A stretch of DNA of 64,000 nucleotides from Octopus vulgaris (Eukaryota), in assembly GCA_951406725.2 (NCBI GenBank), contig OX597816.1:39060001-39124000 (forward strand), given 5' to 3'. Made by a program: the position numbers and the translations under genes. Under the pieces are notes generated by a model. That model did no database searches and was not told the DNA's origin. It saw only the letters and a program-made list of their open reading frames with translations. Shown here piece by piece: positions 25,850-38,515 of the stretch; positions within the stretch are counted from its first letter, which is position 1, and each line of letters opens with the position of its first letter.

Positions 25850-28840
25850 TAATGAATAAACCCCTCCAGAAAATACAGATGGAGGGCCCTCGAAGGCAGC
25901 TGGTGGAGAGGACTGAGCCAAACCATCTTCTGGCAGCCCCTCCAACCTTGCTGATTTCCAAACAAACTTCATGTTTATCTGGCAGGGTTTGGGATCTGAG
26001 GATCATCAACTGTATGGAGTGGGGCTTGCAGTCAACATGATCAGCACACCACAAGGAGTATCTGAGCACATTATCACCATCAACTAAATCAGGCACCATC
26101 CATCTCATCAGCACCTATGTTCCCACACTGGCAGCTGAGAATGTAAACAAGGACAAGTTCTACAAAGACCTGCTAAAAGTGCTTGATCAAATGTTTGAAA
26201 AAAAAATGAAGTTTTCATCCTTGATGACTTCAGTACAAGAGTTGGGTCGTGTCAGCAGATGTGGCCAATTTGTCTTAGACATTTTGGAATTGGGAAGATC
26301 AACAAAAACAAACAGAGATTTTAGAATTCTACTCTAATAATTGCCTCTGTATTACAAGCACCTTCTACAATGACAAGGACTGAAAGAGAACAAAGACACC
26401 ATCCTCCCTCATATGTAAAAGCTCTTGATTCTCTGTTGACATGAAAGATGCCGACGTAGTGACCCTATGTAAGAATAAGAGAGACAAGAGAGATTGCAAC
26501 AACTGCACAGGCATTTCATTGCTATGTATTACAGGAAAAGTATTTGCCTGAATACTGTTGAAGCGCCTGCAGAAGTTAGCAGAGAGAGTTCTTCCAGAAA
26601 GTCAGAGTGGCTTCAGATCAAGATGATATTTTCTCTTTGACAGCTCCAAGAAATGTGTTGCAAACAAAGTCAACCCCTACGTGTGTCAGCTGTATGCCTA
26701 ACTAAGGCATTTGATACAGTCAGTAGATCAGGATTGTGAATAGTTCTTCAAAAGATTGGATGTCTACCAACTCTTTTCCAACTGATGTCCTTCCGTGGAG
26801 GTATGAAAGCCATGGTCCAGTTTGATCGTTCCACATCAGACGGCTTTGAGATCAGAATCAGGTTTAAACAGAGTTGAGTTCTGGTACTGACCCTTTTCAA
26901 CATCTTTGCCCTGTTGTTGCAGATTGTCTTCAAAAAATCTCTTGGAAATGTCTGCCTTCACTGGAGAACTGATGAGTCCCTTTTCAATCTTGCATGCTTC
27001 AGAGCAAAAACCAAGACCGAGTCAACCTTGATCAGAGATTTCCTCCTTGCAGATGATGCAACACTGGTTGCTCACAGTGAGTCAACACTACAGACAATGA
27101 TGGAGCACCTTTCACAAGCCTTCAAAGCATTTTCTCTTGTAATCAGCATCAAGAAGACTATCATTCGGACACAAAATAGCACAACTGAAGACAACATCAT
27201 GCTGGACAAGACTTTGGGATTTAAAGAAATTCTGCTAATTTGGGTCCACAATAACTTCGACGACCTTCCTAGACAACTAAATTGGTGTCAGGATAGGAAA
27301 TGCTGCTACATCTTTTGGTAGACTCAGCAAAAGAGCATGGAACACAGTCATCATCATCATCATCATCATCGTTTAACGTCCGTTATCCATGCTAGCATGG
27401 GTTGGACGGTTCGACCGGGGATCTGGGAAGCCAGAAGGCTGCACCAGGCTCCAGTCTTATCTGGCAATGTTTCTACAGCTGGATGCCCTTCCTAACGCCA
27501 ACCACTCCGTGAGTGTAGTGGGTGCTTTTTACGTGCCACCTGCACAGGTGCCAGGCGAGGCTGGCAACGGCCACGGTCGGATTGGTGTATTTTACATGCC
27601 ACCGGCACGGAAGCCAGTCAAGGCGGCGCTGGCATCAGCCACGAGTCGGATAGTGCTTTTTACGTACCACCAGACCAGGGATCCTGGCTGGTTCAATTCG
27701 ATTTCGATTTTGCTTGCCCAACATGTCTTCGCAAGCAAAAGGGGTTGGCATGGGTGCCTGTCGTATGGTCGGATTGATGTATTTTACGTGCCACTGGCAC
27801 AGAAGCCAGTGGAAGCGGCGCTGGCATCGGCCATGAGTCGGATAGTGCTTTTTACGTACCACCAGACCAGGGATCCTGGCTGGTTCAATTCGATTTCGAT
27901 TTCGCTTGCCCCAACATGTCTTCGCAAGCAAAGGGGGTTGACATGGGTGCCTGTCGTCGGATGAGGTTCTATATCGACTTTGCTTGCCTCAGCAGGTCTT
28001 TGTGTCCAAGGGAGGAAAGGCATTCATAAGTGGGCTGGGCTCACTTGTCCTGCCTGGTCTTCTCACGTACAGCATATTTCCAAAGGTCTCGGTTGCTGGT
28101 CATTTCCTCAGTGAGGCCTAAAGTTTGAAGGTCGTGCTTCACCACCTCGTCCCAGGTTTTCCTGAGTCTACCTCTTCCACGGGTTCCCTCAACTGCTAGG
28201 GATTGGTAGTGAATGCCAAAATAAGTATTTATGGAGCATACATACTGATCGCACACACACACCCCTCTATGGATCAGAGACCTGAACACTATACACTGGA
28301 CAAGAGAAGAAGCTCAATGTCTTTCATTTGAGATGCCTGCACAAGATCTTTGGAATTACCTGGCAAGACAAAGTAGCCAACATGGAAGTCTTGAAACAGG
28401 CAGCACTTCTGAGCATGACAGCTATTCAGTGCAAAAGAAGACTAAGATGGTTTGGACATGTGAAACGGATGGATGAGGACAGAATTCCCAAATAGCTGTT
28501 ATATGGCAAGTTGGCTTCAGATAGCAGATCCACAAGCTGATCGAAGCTGAGATTTGAAGACACATGCAAAAGCAGCCTGACCAAGTGCCATATCAATGCA
28601 AAAATTTTGGGAAAAGTTAGCTGACAGAACAGCATGAAAATCTTCAGTGAACAAAGGAGTCAAACAGCTTGAAGAAGGAAACATCTTGGCCCTCGAAGCC
28701 AAAGAAAGAAAGACATCACACTGCAGCCCTACACCACCTTCCTTGCTTGCAAATTTTGCAGCAGAACTTGCTCATCAAACATAGGATCAGCCATTAAAAG
28801 AAGCTGAGAAGCTGCAGGAAGAATACAAGTACTTAAGACA
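25850..28840 (+). mobile_element. Degenerate RTE-clade LINE (APE endonuclease plus RT)
   Basis: ISTYVPT, LPESQSGFR, TKAFDTV, DFLLADDATLVAHSE and RLRWFGHVKRM..DRIP remnants; frameshifts. Confidence 0.85.
27348..28210 (-). mobile_element. (GAT)n-tailed RTE-derived element nested in the LINE; shorter copies at about 11323-11710, 47986-48300, 59330-59752
   Basis: VEGTRGRGRLRKTWDEVVKHDL RTE C-terminus; ggacgttaaacgatgatgat tail. Confidence 0.85.
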
Positions 28841-29026
28841 TTCTCCACTGCTTAGACAATCTGTTAAGACATAAAGGGCTGATTATTATTATCATTATTA
28901 TTAAGGGCAGATAAAAAGTACTAGTCATGCACTGGTACTATTATGGGTCAAATACTGTACTAATTGGGAATTTACTCTTTTGTTCAACAATTACTAATTA
29001 TGGAAAGGGATTTTTCTCTATATATA

Positions 29027-29225
29027 TACACAGGGTCAGCCAAAAGTCATGCACAGAATTATCGAAGACATGCTTCAATTATTCTAAAAGTGAATAAAAT
29101 ATATAAGATAATGAAGAATACACATACACTTGTACATGATGAACAAAATGAATAATAGTAATAATAATAATAACATAATATAATGTCAAGTGTTTTGGTG
29201 TGTAACTTTTAGCCCATCCTGTGTA
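29027..29225. mobile_element. Tc1-like MITE
   Basis: tacacagggtcagccaaaagtca / taacttttagcccatcctgtgta TIRs with TA flanks. Confidence 0.65.
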
Positions 29226-29257
29226 TATATGTGGGTGTGTATGCGTGTGTGAGTGTG

Positions 29258-29312
<55 letters not shown>

Positions 29313-29338
29313 TCTCTTTGGTGTCTTTCTTTGACAAG

Positions 29339-29508
29339 GTACCCTAACTGACTGGAAGTTGATTTTGCATGGTACTCAAGAGAATCCTGTAAAGCATAGA
29401 ATGAAATCAGGATTTGGAAATAGCATTACTGATTCCAATGACCTAGAAGTGTTTACAACCAAGTCTGAAGATCAGATTGATAAAGGAAGCAACCTATCTA
29501 CTAATCAG
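29339..29508 (+). CDS. FURIN: Furin-like convertase exon: end of P-domain plus linker (GTLTDWKLILHGTQENPVKHRMKSGFGNSITDSNDLEVFTTKSEDQIDKGSNLSTNQ)
   Basis: ttgacaag acceptor, CAG|gtgaga donor; 170 nt; GTLxxWxLxLHGT motif. Confidence 0.9.
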
Positions 29509-29562
29509 GTGAGACACACTTTCATAGAAATTATCTTCCTCTGTCTTCATTGGGTAAAATAG

Positions 29563-29964
29563 TACGAAGGGGTCCTGAAAAGTTCCTGGCTTCTGAGTTA
29601 TTTTACAGGGCTTAGAAAAACTGAAGGACTGCTGCTGCAATAAGTGTATGAATCTGAAAGGAGAATATGCTGAATAAAATCAATCATAATTAAATCCTCC
29701 CATGTTTTCTTTTGCCTCCCAAAGCCAGGAACTTTTCAGCACCCTCTCGTATGTATGTATGAGGAGGTGCTGAAAAATTCCTGGCTTTAAGGGTATCACA
29801 AAAGGCTTGGGTGGAGGTCCAACCTTCTGAGTTCTTTTACAGGGCTTAGAAAAAGTGAAGGGCAATTGCAATTAGTGTGTGAATCTTAGAGGGGAATCAT
29901 AATTAGCTGATGTCCCTGTGTTTTTTCTAACCTAAAAGCCAGGGACTTTGCAGCACCCCTCATA
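29563..29964. mobile_element. Two tandem mariner-type MITEs (29563-29751 and 29757-29964)
   Basis: TIR ta(c/t)gaggggtgctgaaaagttcctggctt at both ends of each unit. Confidence 0.8.
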
Positions 29965-31352
29965 TCTTCCTCTGTCTTCATTGTGTACAACAGTTAATTA
30001 CAATGAGATTTCAATTTAAAGGTATATACTCATCTACTTTGTGTAAGAAACCTGTGGCATTCTTTAGACACCTATTTCTCCTTCCCTTCATCATCATCAT
30101 CATGGATCCAAACAAATTTTGGATTTAGCTGAACGAATATTTGCTGGATAAATATTTAGCTTTAAAATTTGAAAGAAATAGTTTCAGTTTAAACTATGAC
30201 AATCCTCGTGATTGTAATTACACAATTTGTTGTGAAGGTACATGGCTCAGTGGTTAGAGTGTCAGGTACACACATGAGGTAGTTGGTTCAATTCCCGGAC
30301 TGGGCTGTGTGTTGTGTTCATGAGCAAGACACTTTATTTTACATTGTTCCTGTTCACTCAGCTGTAGAAATGAGTTGCAACATCACTGGTGCCAAGCTGT
30401 ATCAGCCTTTGGCTTTCCTTTGGATAGCATTCGTGGTGTGGAGAGGGGATGCTGGTATGCATGGGCGACTCCTAGTTTTCCATAAAAACAGCCTTGCCTA
30501 CACTTGTGCCTTGGAGGGTAACTTTCTAGGTGCATCCCATGGTCATTCATGACCAAAGGGGGTCTTTATCCTGTACCTTGTGAAGGTGATTAATACAACT
30601 GGCAGTAAGGGTCATTAACAACTGATAGTGATGGTAATTACACAATTTGTATTGGTGTTTATTACACAACAAGCTGTGATGTTTTTAGATGTAGTTAATT
30701 TGTTTCAGTCATTAGACTGAGGCCATGCTGGGGCACTGCCTTGAAGAGCTTTTAGTCAAATGAATCAACCCCAGTAATTTTATTTTAAGCCTGGTTCTTC
30801 TATCTATCTCTTTTTACCAAACTTTGCTAAGTTATGGTGACATAAACAAACCAACACCAGTTGTCAAGCAGTAGCGGGGGACAAACACAGACACCAAGAT
30901 ACACACACACACATACACATTAACTCACATATATGACAGGCTTCCTTCAGTTTCCATTCACCAAATACACTTACTAGGCTTTGGTTGGCCTGAAGCTGTA
31001 GTAGAAGACACTTGCCCAAGGTGCCATGTAGTGGGATCAAACCTGGAACCATGTGGTTGAGAAGCAAGCTACTTACCACGTAGCCACACTTGTGCCTGTT
31101 ATAATTCTAGTTAGAAATTTTAAAAAGAAGTAATCGTTTTTTTCAATACTCCTCAGCTTTTCAGAACCCATCTCTGTTTGAACCCAGCATAATATAGTCG
31201 ACTTGATCTTTTCATTAAAGATATCAGGTCTTTTCCTGGGAACTGCCACACAAAGTCTTACATGGAATACTGTTTTAATATGCATTAATTAGTTACACTA
31301 ATGTCTTTCATGATTACCATTATCTTCATCCATGATATCTCATACAAGTTGT

Positions 31353-31736
31353 GGATGGAAGCACTCCGTCGGTTATGACGATGAGGGTTCCGGTTGATCC
31401 GAATCAACAGAACAGCCTGCTCGTGAAATTAACGTGTAAGTGGCTGAGCACTCCACAGACACGTGCCCCTTAACGTAGTTCTCGGGGATATTCAGCGTGA
31501 CACAGAGAGTGACAAGGCCGGCCCTTTGAAATACAGATACAACAGAAACAGGAAGTAAGAGTAAGAGAAAGTTGTGGTGAAAGAGTACAGCAGGGATCAC
31601 CACCATCCCTGCCGGAGCCTCATGGAGCTTTAGGTGTTTTCGCTCAATAAACACTCACAACGCCCGGTCTGGGAATCGAAACCGCGATCCTATGACCGCG
31701 AGTCCGCTGCCCTAACCACTGGGCCATTGCGCCTCC
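31353..31736 (-). mobile_element. Full-length tRNA-derived SINE, inverted relative to 13680-14064
   Basis: TSD (c)atacaagttgt at 31341-31352 and 31736-31747. Confidence 0.9.
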
Positions 31737-32060
31737 ATACAAGTTGTATATAATATCTTATATAATGTTTATGCATTATCAGCAACAGCAACAACATTAT
31801 TTTCACCCACTTTTTTTATGCTGGCATAGTTAGAACGGTTTTTCTACAGGAGTGCTTTAAAGCCAAATGCTCTTTCTATCATCAACCCTTTTAGTCCCTT
31901 CAAGTGGCTTGCCATGATGCAGTACCCCTAGTCATAAAACTACGACGAAAATGTGTTTCTACATACATATATTACTACTGATGCTCTTCCTGTTGTCAAC
32001 TCTCACCTGTTTCCAAGCAAGGTGATATTTCTCCATGGCTTGACAGTTTTTCATAGAATA

Positions 32061-32369
32061 TCTTTATATATAAAACTAACGTTGTGTGTGTGTGTGTCTG
32101 TCTACTCCGATTTAGATTCCTAACTACTCCCACATTTTGCGATGCAGTTTAACTAAAAGCGGGTATCTTATAGTCGTGATTCATATCGAGCCCTTCTGGG
32201 TATTAGCACGCGTCTACGATGAGTCTACGATTTTTTAAAAATTATTTACCATCATTTTTCCGCATTTTTAATGATTTTTGCTCGGGTTATATAAAGGAAG
32301 TAACTCTCTAAAAATGCTTATATAGTTATTTCCCTTACAAACCCGAGCAACGCCGGGTGGTACTGCTAG
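32061..32369 (+). mobile_element. Non-autonomous Helitron, copy 3
   Basis: a^TCTTTATATA ... cccgagcaacgccggg-tggtactg-CTAG^t. Confidence 0.88.
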
Positions 32370-32868
32370 TTAGAAATAAATAACATTCATGTAATGTCAA
32401 GACAAGGCGGAGAGACAGAGAGAGAGACTCATATATACATAACAAGCTTCTTACAGTTTCTGTCTATCAAATCCATTCACAAGGCTTTGATCAGCCTGTG
32501 GCTCAAGGGGCCACACAGTGATACTGAATTCGAACACCACATATGGCTAGGAAGCAAACTTGTTAATCGGGTCACCTCACCTGCACCTAATTATTATTCA
32601 TACCAACAGATTACATTGTCGATAAAAACTTGATAATAGGTATTAGCAGCACTAATTTGATACAGAAAAGAGAAACAAATCTGCTGATATGACATAGCAG
32701 AAAAAAATTATATCTTTGAAATGATGGCATGAAATATGCTCTGTCATGTAATTAATAATGTGGTTACTCATCCAAAGATAGATATGAGGTTTATATTCTG
32801 TTTCTTGTATCGTTTCTCTATCATGTTTTAAGTTTATGCATTTATTATTTCGTATCAAATGACATTAG

Positions 32869-32928
32869 GCGTATATATATGGTGGCTGTCTGCTAAACTG
32901 CAGTGCTTCACCACTTCTTATACCTAGT
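32869..32928 (+). CDS. Candidate downstream phase 0-0 exon (AYIYGGCLLNCSASPLLIPS; read-through stops at 32940)
   Basis: cattag acceptor (weak), AGT|gtgaga donor, non-repeat context; no homology support. Confidence 0.25.
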
Positions 32929-34260
32929 GTGAGATCTTAAATGACTTTTATGCTCTGAAAGGTGCTGGAAGAGCTGATCACATAAACTGAAGCAATATCT
33001 CATTGGTTCCATTTTCCATTTGTTTATTATGAATTTATGTATGTATTTATGTGCATATATCTATCCATCTAGCTATCTATATGCACATACACATATGCAT
33101 ATATATGTATATATACATATACACATATATGTATGTATATATATGTGTGTAGATGCAGGCATGCTTGCTATCCAACCATGTGGTCTTGTGTTCAGTGCCG
33201 CTGTGCGGTACCTTGGGCTAGTATCTTCAACTATACTCTCAAGCTGACCAAAGCCACATGAGTAAATTCGGCAGATGGAAATTGAAAGAAGCTCATCATA
33301 AATGTGTATGTTTACGTGTATACTTGTTCTGTCATCATGTAGTGGTTGTAAATGAGCATCCCTGTCATACCAGTGATGTTCATTTCCGGTAATCTGTGGT
33401 GAAATATTACCTCCCTTGGCAACAAGTGAGGGTTGGAAACAGGAAAGGCATTCAACCATAGATAATCTGCCTCTGCAAATTCTGAAAAGTAAGCATTAAT
33501 TAATAATGACGATGGTGGTGGTGGTGGTGGCGGCAGTGGTGGTGGTGGTTGTGGTGGTGGCAGTGGCAGCAGTGGTGGTGCATAAAAAATAGTTTAACTG
33601 CTAATTCATGAGAAAAATCATATTCTGATATATGGAAGAATTCAAATCTCTGTCTCATTTTTGTGGAATTCTTTACTGTTTTTTTTTGCATTGTTCATAT
33701 TAAATCTTATCAGTTTGCTTTGTAACAAAAATTTTCTGCTTGTTTTCAATTCTTTTCTACATATATATAAAAAGAAAACGTATTTATGTTTATTAAATTA
33801 ATATTTTTGAGAAGTTGTTGTACATATTGTTATGTCATGTCCTTGTTATTGTTGTTGCTTATATGTGGGTCTGTACTAATTGAAAAAAACATGATCAAAA
33901 GCATTCCTGCCATGACCATCCTGTCCTTTTATTCAATCAAAGTACATCTAGGGCAACCTTATGCAAAGTAGTATTCTTCTTAAGGTGCTAAGGTGTATCG
34001 TGATGGAAATTTGGTTGACATTTCCAGCAGGTCAAACAACCATGTAGTGGTTCGCTTGTTGACTTGTACTGCTTATTGACAATTGTGTTGATGTTGCTGT
34101 CATGTTTGGGGCATTTCTTTTGGCTCTTAACATTCTGAGTTCAAATCCTACTGAATCAATAAAAATAAGTACCAGTTGAACAGTGAGGTTGATGTAATTG
34201 ACATTTGCTGGCCTTATGCCAAAATTTGAAACAATTATCATTATCATTATTATGATGATG

Positions 34261-34310
<50 letters not shown>

Positions 34311-34893
34311 GGCAGCTAGCTGGCAGAATCGTTACAGGATTGAAAGAAATGTTTTGCAATATTTCCTCTAACTCATTACATTCTGAGTTCAAATTTTGCC
34401 GAGGTCGGCTTTGCCTTTCAATCTTTGGGATCAATGAAGTACCAGTCAAGTACTGGGTTTAATGTACTCAACTAGCCCCCCTCCTCCCCAAAATTTCAGA
34501 CTCTGTGTCTATAGTTGAAAGAACTATTATTTTTATCATTGCTTTTATTATTATTTTTTTTTTATTTTTGCTTTTATTATTATTTTTTTTTATGTTTGCT
34601 TTTATTATTATTATTCTCCTATTGTGACAGTAATTGTTGTATTGTTATTTTTCTCAAGTAGAATCTTGATCTACTTCATTCAACCTTTGACTAAGGGATG
34701 GAGGGAGTTTTACATATACATCAAAATTCAGGTTTCATCACTAGGCATTGACATTCATGTTATTGCTAATGGTATATATATATAACATGAAAGAAATTGG
34801 TTCAACAAGGAACTGTTAAGCCCATCAAATAAATATATATATCACTAGCCACTACACATTCTTTATTTTCTCTCCTTGTTTCTTTCTGTGTTC

Positions 34894-34929
34894 CTTTCTG
34901 TTAAAGAGCATAGGCTCGAAACATTAAAG
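34894..34929 (+). ncRNA. Degenerate minimal type I hammerhead-like motif (A6U family)
   Basis: CTTT-CTGTTAA-A-GAGC-ATAG-GCTC-GAA-ACAT-T-AAAG; sister copy at 37121-37157. Confidence 0.5.
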
Positions 34930-35030
34930 ACTTTTTCACTTCCCGAGCGTTATACTAATACATCTGTTTGTTGACTACACCACCTGTCTTCATCTTTTGT
35001 TTTTTGTGAATTCTCCCTACATATATATAT

Positions 35031-35333
35031 AATTGCAGCGTGGAATGTGTTTATAAGCCATTTTAAAAAAAAACACTCACAAAAACCATTAGATTCACTT
35101 CAACATTTAAATTTAATTTGCATCAAAATATTTTTATTTTGAAAATGCAACCTGTTCACTGACAAAATTTCATGCTGCATCAGCTCCTTGTTGAACCAAT
35201 TTTGTCAGTGAATAGGTCACGGTTTCAAAGTGAAAGAATATTTTGACACCAGTTAAATTTACATATTGAAGTGAATCTAATGGGTTTTTTTGTGTTTTTT
35301 AAATGGCTTGTAAACACCTTCCGTGCTGCAATT
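35031..35333. mobile_element. Palindromic Penelope-pLTR-like remnant (about 140-bp arms) with degenerate hammerhead-like cores
   Basis: aattgcagc...gacaaaatt versus aattttgtca...gctgcaatt; next to (TA)n. Confidence 0.6.
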
Positions 35334-36019
35334 GTTTTTGTTTCAGCACACAATCTCAAATCAAGTCGCTTGCTATGCAAGTACATTAGATGATGTATGA
35401 GGGTTCAGCAATTTCTTGCCAAACAATGACACAGATGATTTGGCTATAGTGATCAAATGATTGTTTGTGTATGCATAAGCTCACTCCCTCCATAAAATTG
35501 ACATTACCTGTACAGGTGCACCATGTGTCATATATCAGGTGATGAAATGATTGCAAGGCAATGTGAAATGAAGTGCTATGCACAAGAACAGAACACAACC
35601 CTTAGTCTGGGAATTGAACCCATGATCTCACAATCATGAGTGCAACACCTTAACCACTGTATGTGTGTGTGTGTATCCAACGGTATCAGCGCCAAGCAGC
35701 ATTTAGGTATAAGGTGAACTTTAGGTTAGTTAAAATATGCTTGTGAGATTTTTCAACTTCTAAAAGCAGATTCACTATGTTACTGTAGAGAAAAATTCTC
35801 TCTTATGGTAAAAGGTGTAAAAACATCATATCTGCCCAGTGTGTAAACCCCCCCTCCCCGGCCGTTGAATTCCCAGATGCAGTGTTTCTAGTTCTTTAGT
35901 CATTATCAGTGGGAAATACTAAAGAGAGGTAACTCTGGGCAGATTTAAAGCCGTAGCTTTAACTAAAATACAGTGTACAACTTTGAGTTGCAGTATTTAG
36001 TGATAATCACACATGCACG

Positions 36020-36066
<47 letters not shown>

Positions 36067-37120
36067 CTATGTGGTCAAGAAGTTTTCTTGCCAAACTGCA
36101 TAGTTTCAGGTCCAGTCCCACTGTATGGAACCTTGAGCTAGTGTCTTCTATAGACCTAAGCTGACCAAAGTCTTGTATTTGGATTGAGTACCAGAAACTG
36201 AAAGAAACCTGCTGTATATATGTCTGAGTATGTTACTGCCTCCTTGTCTGAACAAGTGCTACCATTATATAAGCAGTGCCATTTGTTTCCAGTCTTTTGT
36301 AGAAATGTGTCTGGTCATGGGGAAATATTACTTTACTTAGAAACAGGCGAGGATTAGTGACTGGAATGACGTCTGACTGTAAAAAATCTGCCTCAGCAAA
36401 TCCCCTCAGATCCATGTGAGCATGGAAATGTAGATGTTAAAATGATGATATTATATATTGAATATTCTCAGTTATCGACTAAAAAAAGACCACCATGCAA
36501 TAAAGAACTCAATGCATGTTATGATGAAACATTTATATACTTTTATGCAAATATATTTTCTCTAAAAGTGAAAACATTCTACTTCAGTTTTTAATCAGAT
36601 CATGAAGCAATCCCTTACATTATGCAAGAAAATCTTCTGTTAATGTGGAATCTCATAGTGTGAAACATGCTTTTCTTTGCGTTCCATGTCAATGGGAAAA
36701 TAGGTTTTATGTTCCAATACTCTACATTACACCAAGATTTTCAGGAGCACAACACTTCAGCATTGTAGGGGACGCACGCACACACTAACACACACACACA
36801 CACACACACACATAGGAAAGAAGAAAGACAGCTTTCTTTCACTTTTCTTCATGCTTATATGAATATTGTATAAAAATATCAGTGTTAGCCAACCCAGCCA
36901 TATTTGTTCATAATGTTAGTTCTGAAACAAATGATTCCACATACAGAGAAAACACATATATATTTATATATATATATATACACACACATATATACATATA
37001 ATATATATATACATACAAAAACACACACACACACACATATATATATGTTGAACCATTAATTCCTACAAATTTTTTTCTGTTTCTTTTTTCTGTCCTCTCT
37101 CTATTTTTTTCCCTCTTAAC

Positions 37121-37157
37121 CTTTCTGTCAAAGAGCATTAGGCTTCAAACGTCAAAG
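37121..37157 (+). ncRNA. Degenerate minimal type I hammerhead-like motif (A6U family)
   Basis: CTTT-CTGTCAA-A-GAGC-ATTAG-GCTT-CAA-ACGT-C-AAAG. Confidence 0.45.
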
Positions 37158-37226
37158 ACTTTTCCATTCTTCTCAAGCATCAAACTAATACACCAGTCTT
37201 TGTCTTTTGTTTCTGTAAATTCGAAC

Positions 37227-37257
<31 letters not shown>

Positions 37258-38394
37258 CCCTGTATCTTAGCAATTCAGCCAAACAGACCAATACAATAAG
37301 TATCAGACTTCAAAAATAAGTACTGGGGTTGGTTCATTCAACTGAAAATGGCCACATTCTAATGACTGAAACAAGTAAAAGAAAAGATGTATGTATATTT
37401 AGTTATATGTATGTATGTGTGTATATATGCATATTATATGATGAACTCTCCCGTCGTTAGATGACATATGAAGGTTCAACAATTTCTTACCGAACAACCA
37501 CACAGATGATTTGTTTATAGGCGGCGAGCTGGCAGAAACGTTAGCACGCCGGGCGAAGTGCGTAGCCGTATTTCGTCTGTCGTTACGTTCTGAGTTCAAA
37601 TTCCGCCGAGGTCGACTTGGCCTTTCATCCTTTCGGGGTTGATAAATTAAGTACCAGTTACGCACTGGGGTCGATGTAATCGACTTAATACCGATGTCTG
37701 TCCTTGTTTGTCCCCTCTGTCTTTAGCCCCTTGTGGGTAATAAAGAAATAGATGATTTGTTTATAGTGGTCAAATGTTTGTGTAGACATAAGCTTACTCC
37801 CATCATCAGATCGACATTACCTGAACAGGTGTCACGTGTCAGATGTCAAAATGATCGCAGAGCAACGTGAAATGAAGTGCTTTGCTGAAGAACACAACAC
37901 AATGCCTAATCTGGGAATCAAACCCACAGTCTCGCAGTTGTGAGTACAACACCTTAACCACTAAGCCATGTACCTACACACACACATACATTTTGGAAAA
38001 TTTTCTCTAGCTAGTAAATCATTTCAGAACTTACATCAGATGCAATATGTTGACTGAAGAATATAGTATTATGTAAGAGTTACTTTACACAACTGCCAGA
38101 AACACACTTTAAATGCATCAAAATATCACCTTATGTTTCGTGTTTATTCTGAGATATATATATGTATATGATATGAACACACTATATATATGTATATATG
38201 TATATATACAAAATGAGAAAATGGAGAAATATATCTAAATCATTCATCCACTATCAGATAATACCGAATCATATACTTTATTAAAACACTACACAAGAGC
38301 ATTAAGATTAGACATTGATACAGTACAACAATTACAATCAATATAATGAGATATAACTAAATAAATATAACAAGATATAAAAATACATATACAT

Positions 38395-38515
38395 TATAAC
38401 TGACAGCTGTTTCGGCCATGCAGATAAGTATGTCTCATTTAACCTATATTAGCCATATATTGCTGGTATAAATGAGACATTAACAAAAATATCTTATGGC
38501 CTCTTCGGAGATATA
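38395..38515 (-). ncRNA. Type I hammerhead ribozyme-like motif, CCGAAGA core, extended stem II
   Basis: tatatct-CCGAAGA-GGCCAT...ATGGCC-GAA-AC-AGCT-GT-C-agttata. Confidence 0.7.

Noticed and set aside
27389-27964. 191-aa ORF MLAWVGRFDRGSGKPEG... and its copies at 48028 and 59382
   Set aside because: Antisense reading of a multicopy retroelement UTR; no protein family features
32855-32995. Possible C/D box snoRNA (several CTGA)
   Set aside because: No proper RTGATGA C box or terminal stem
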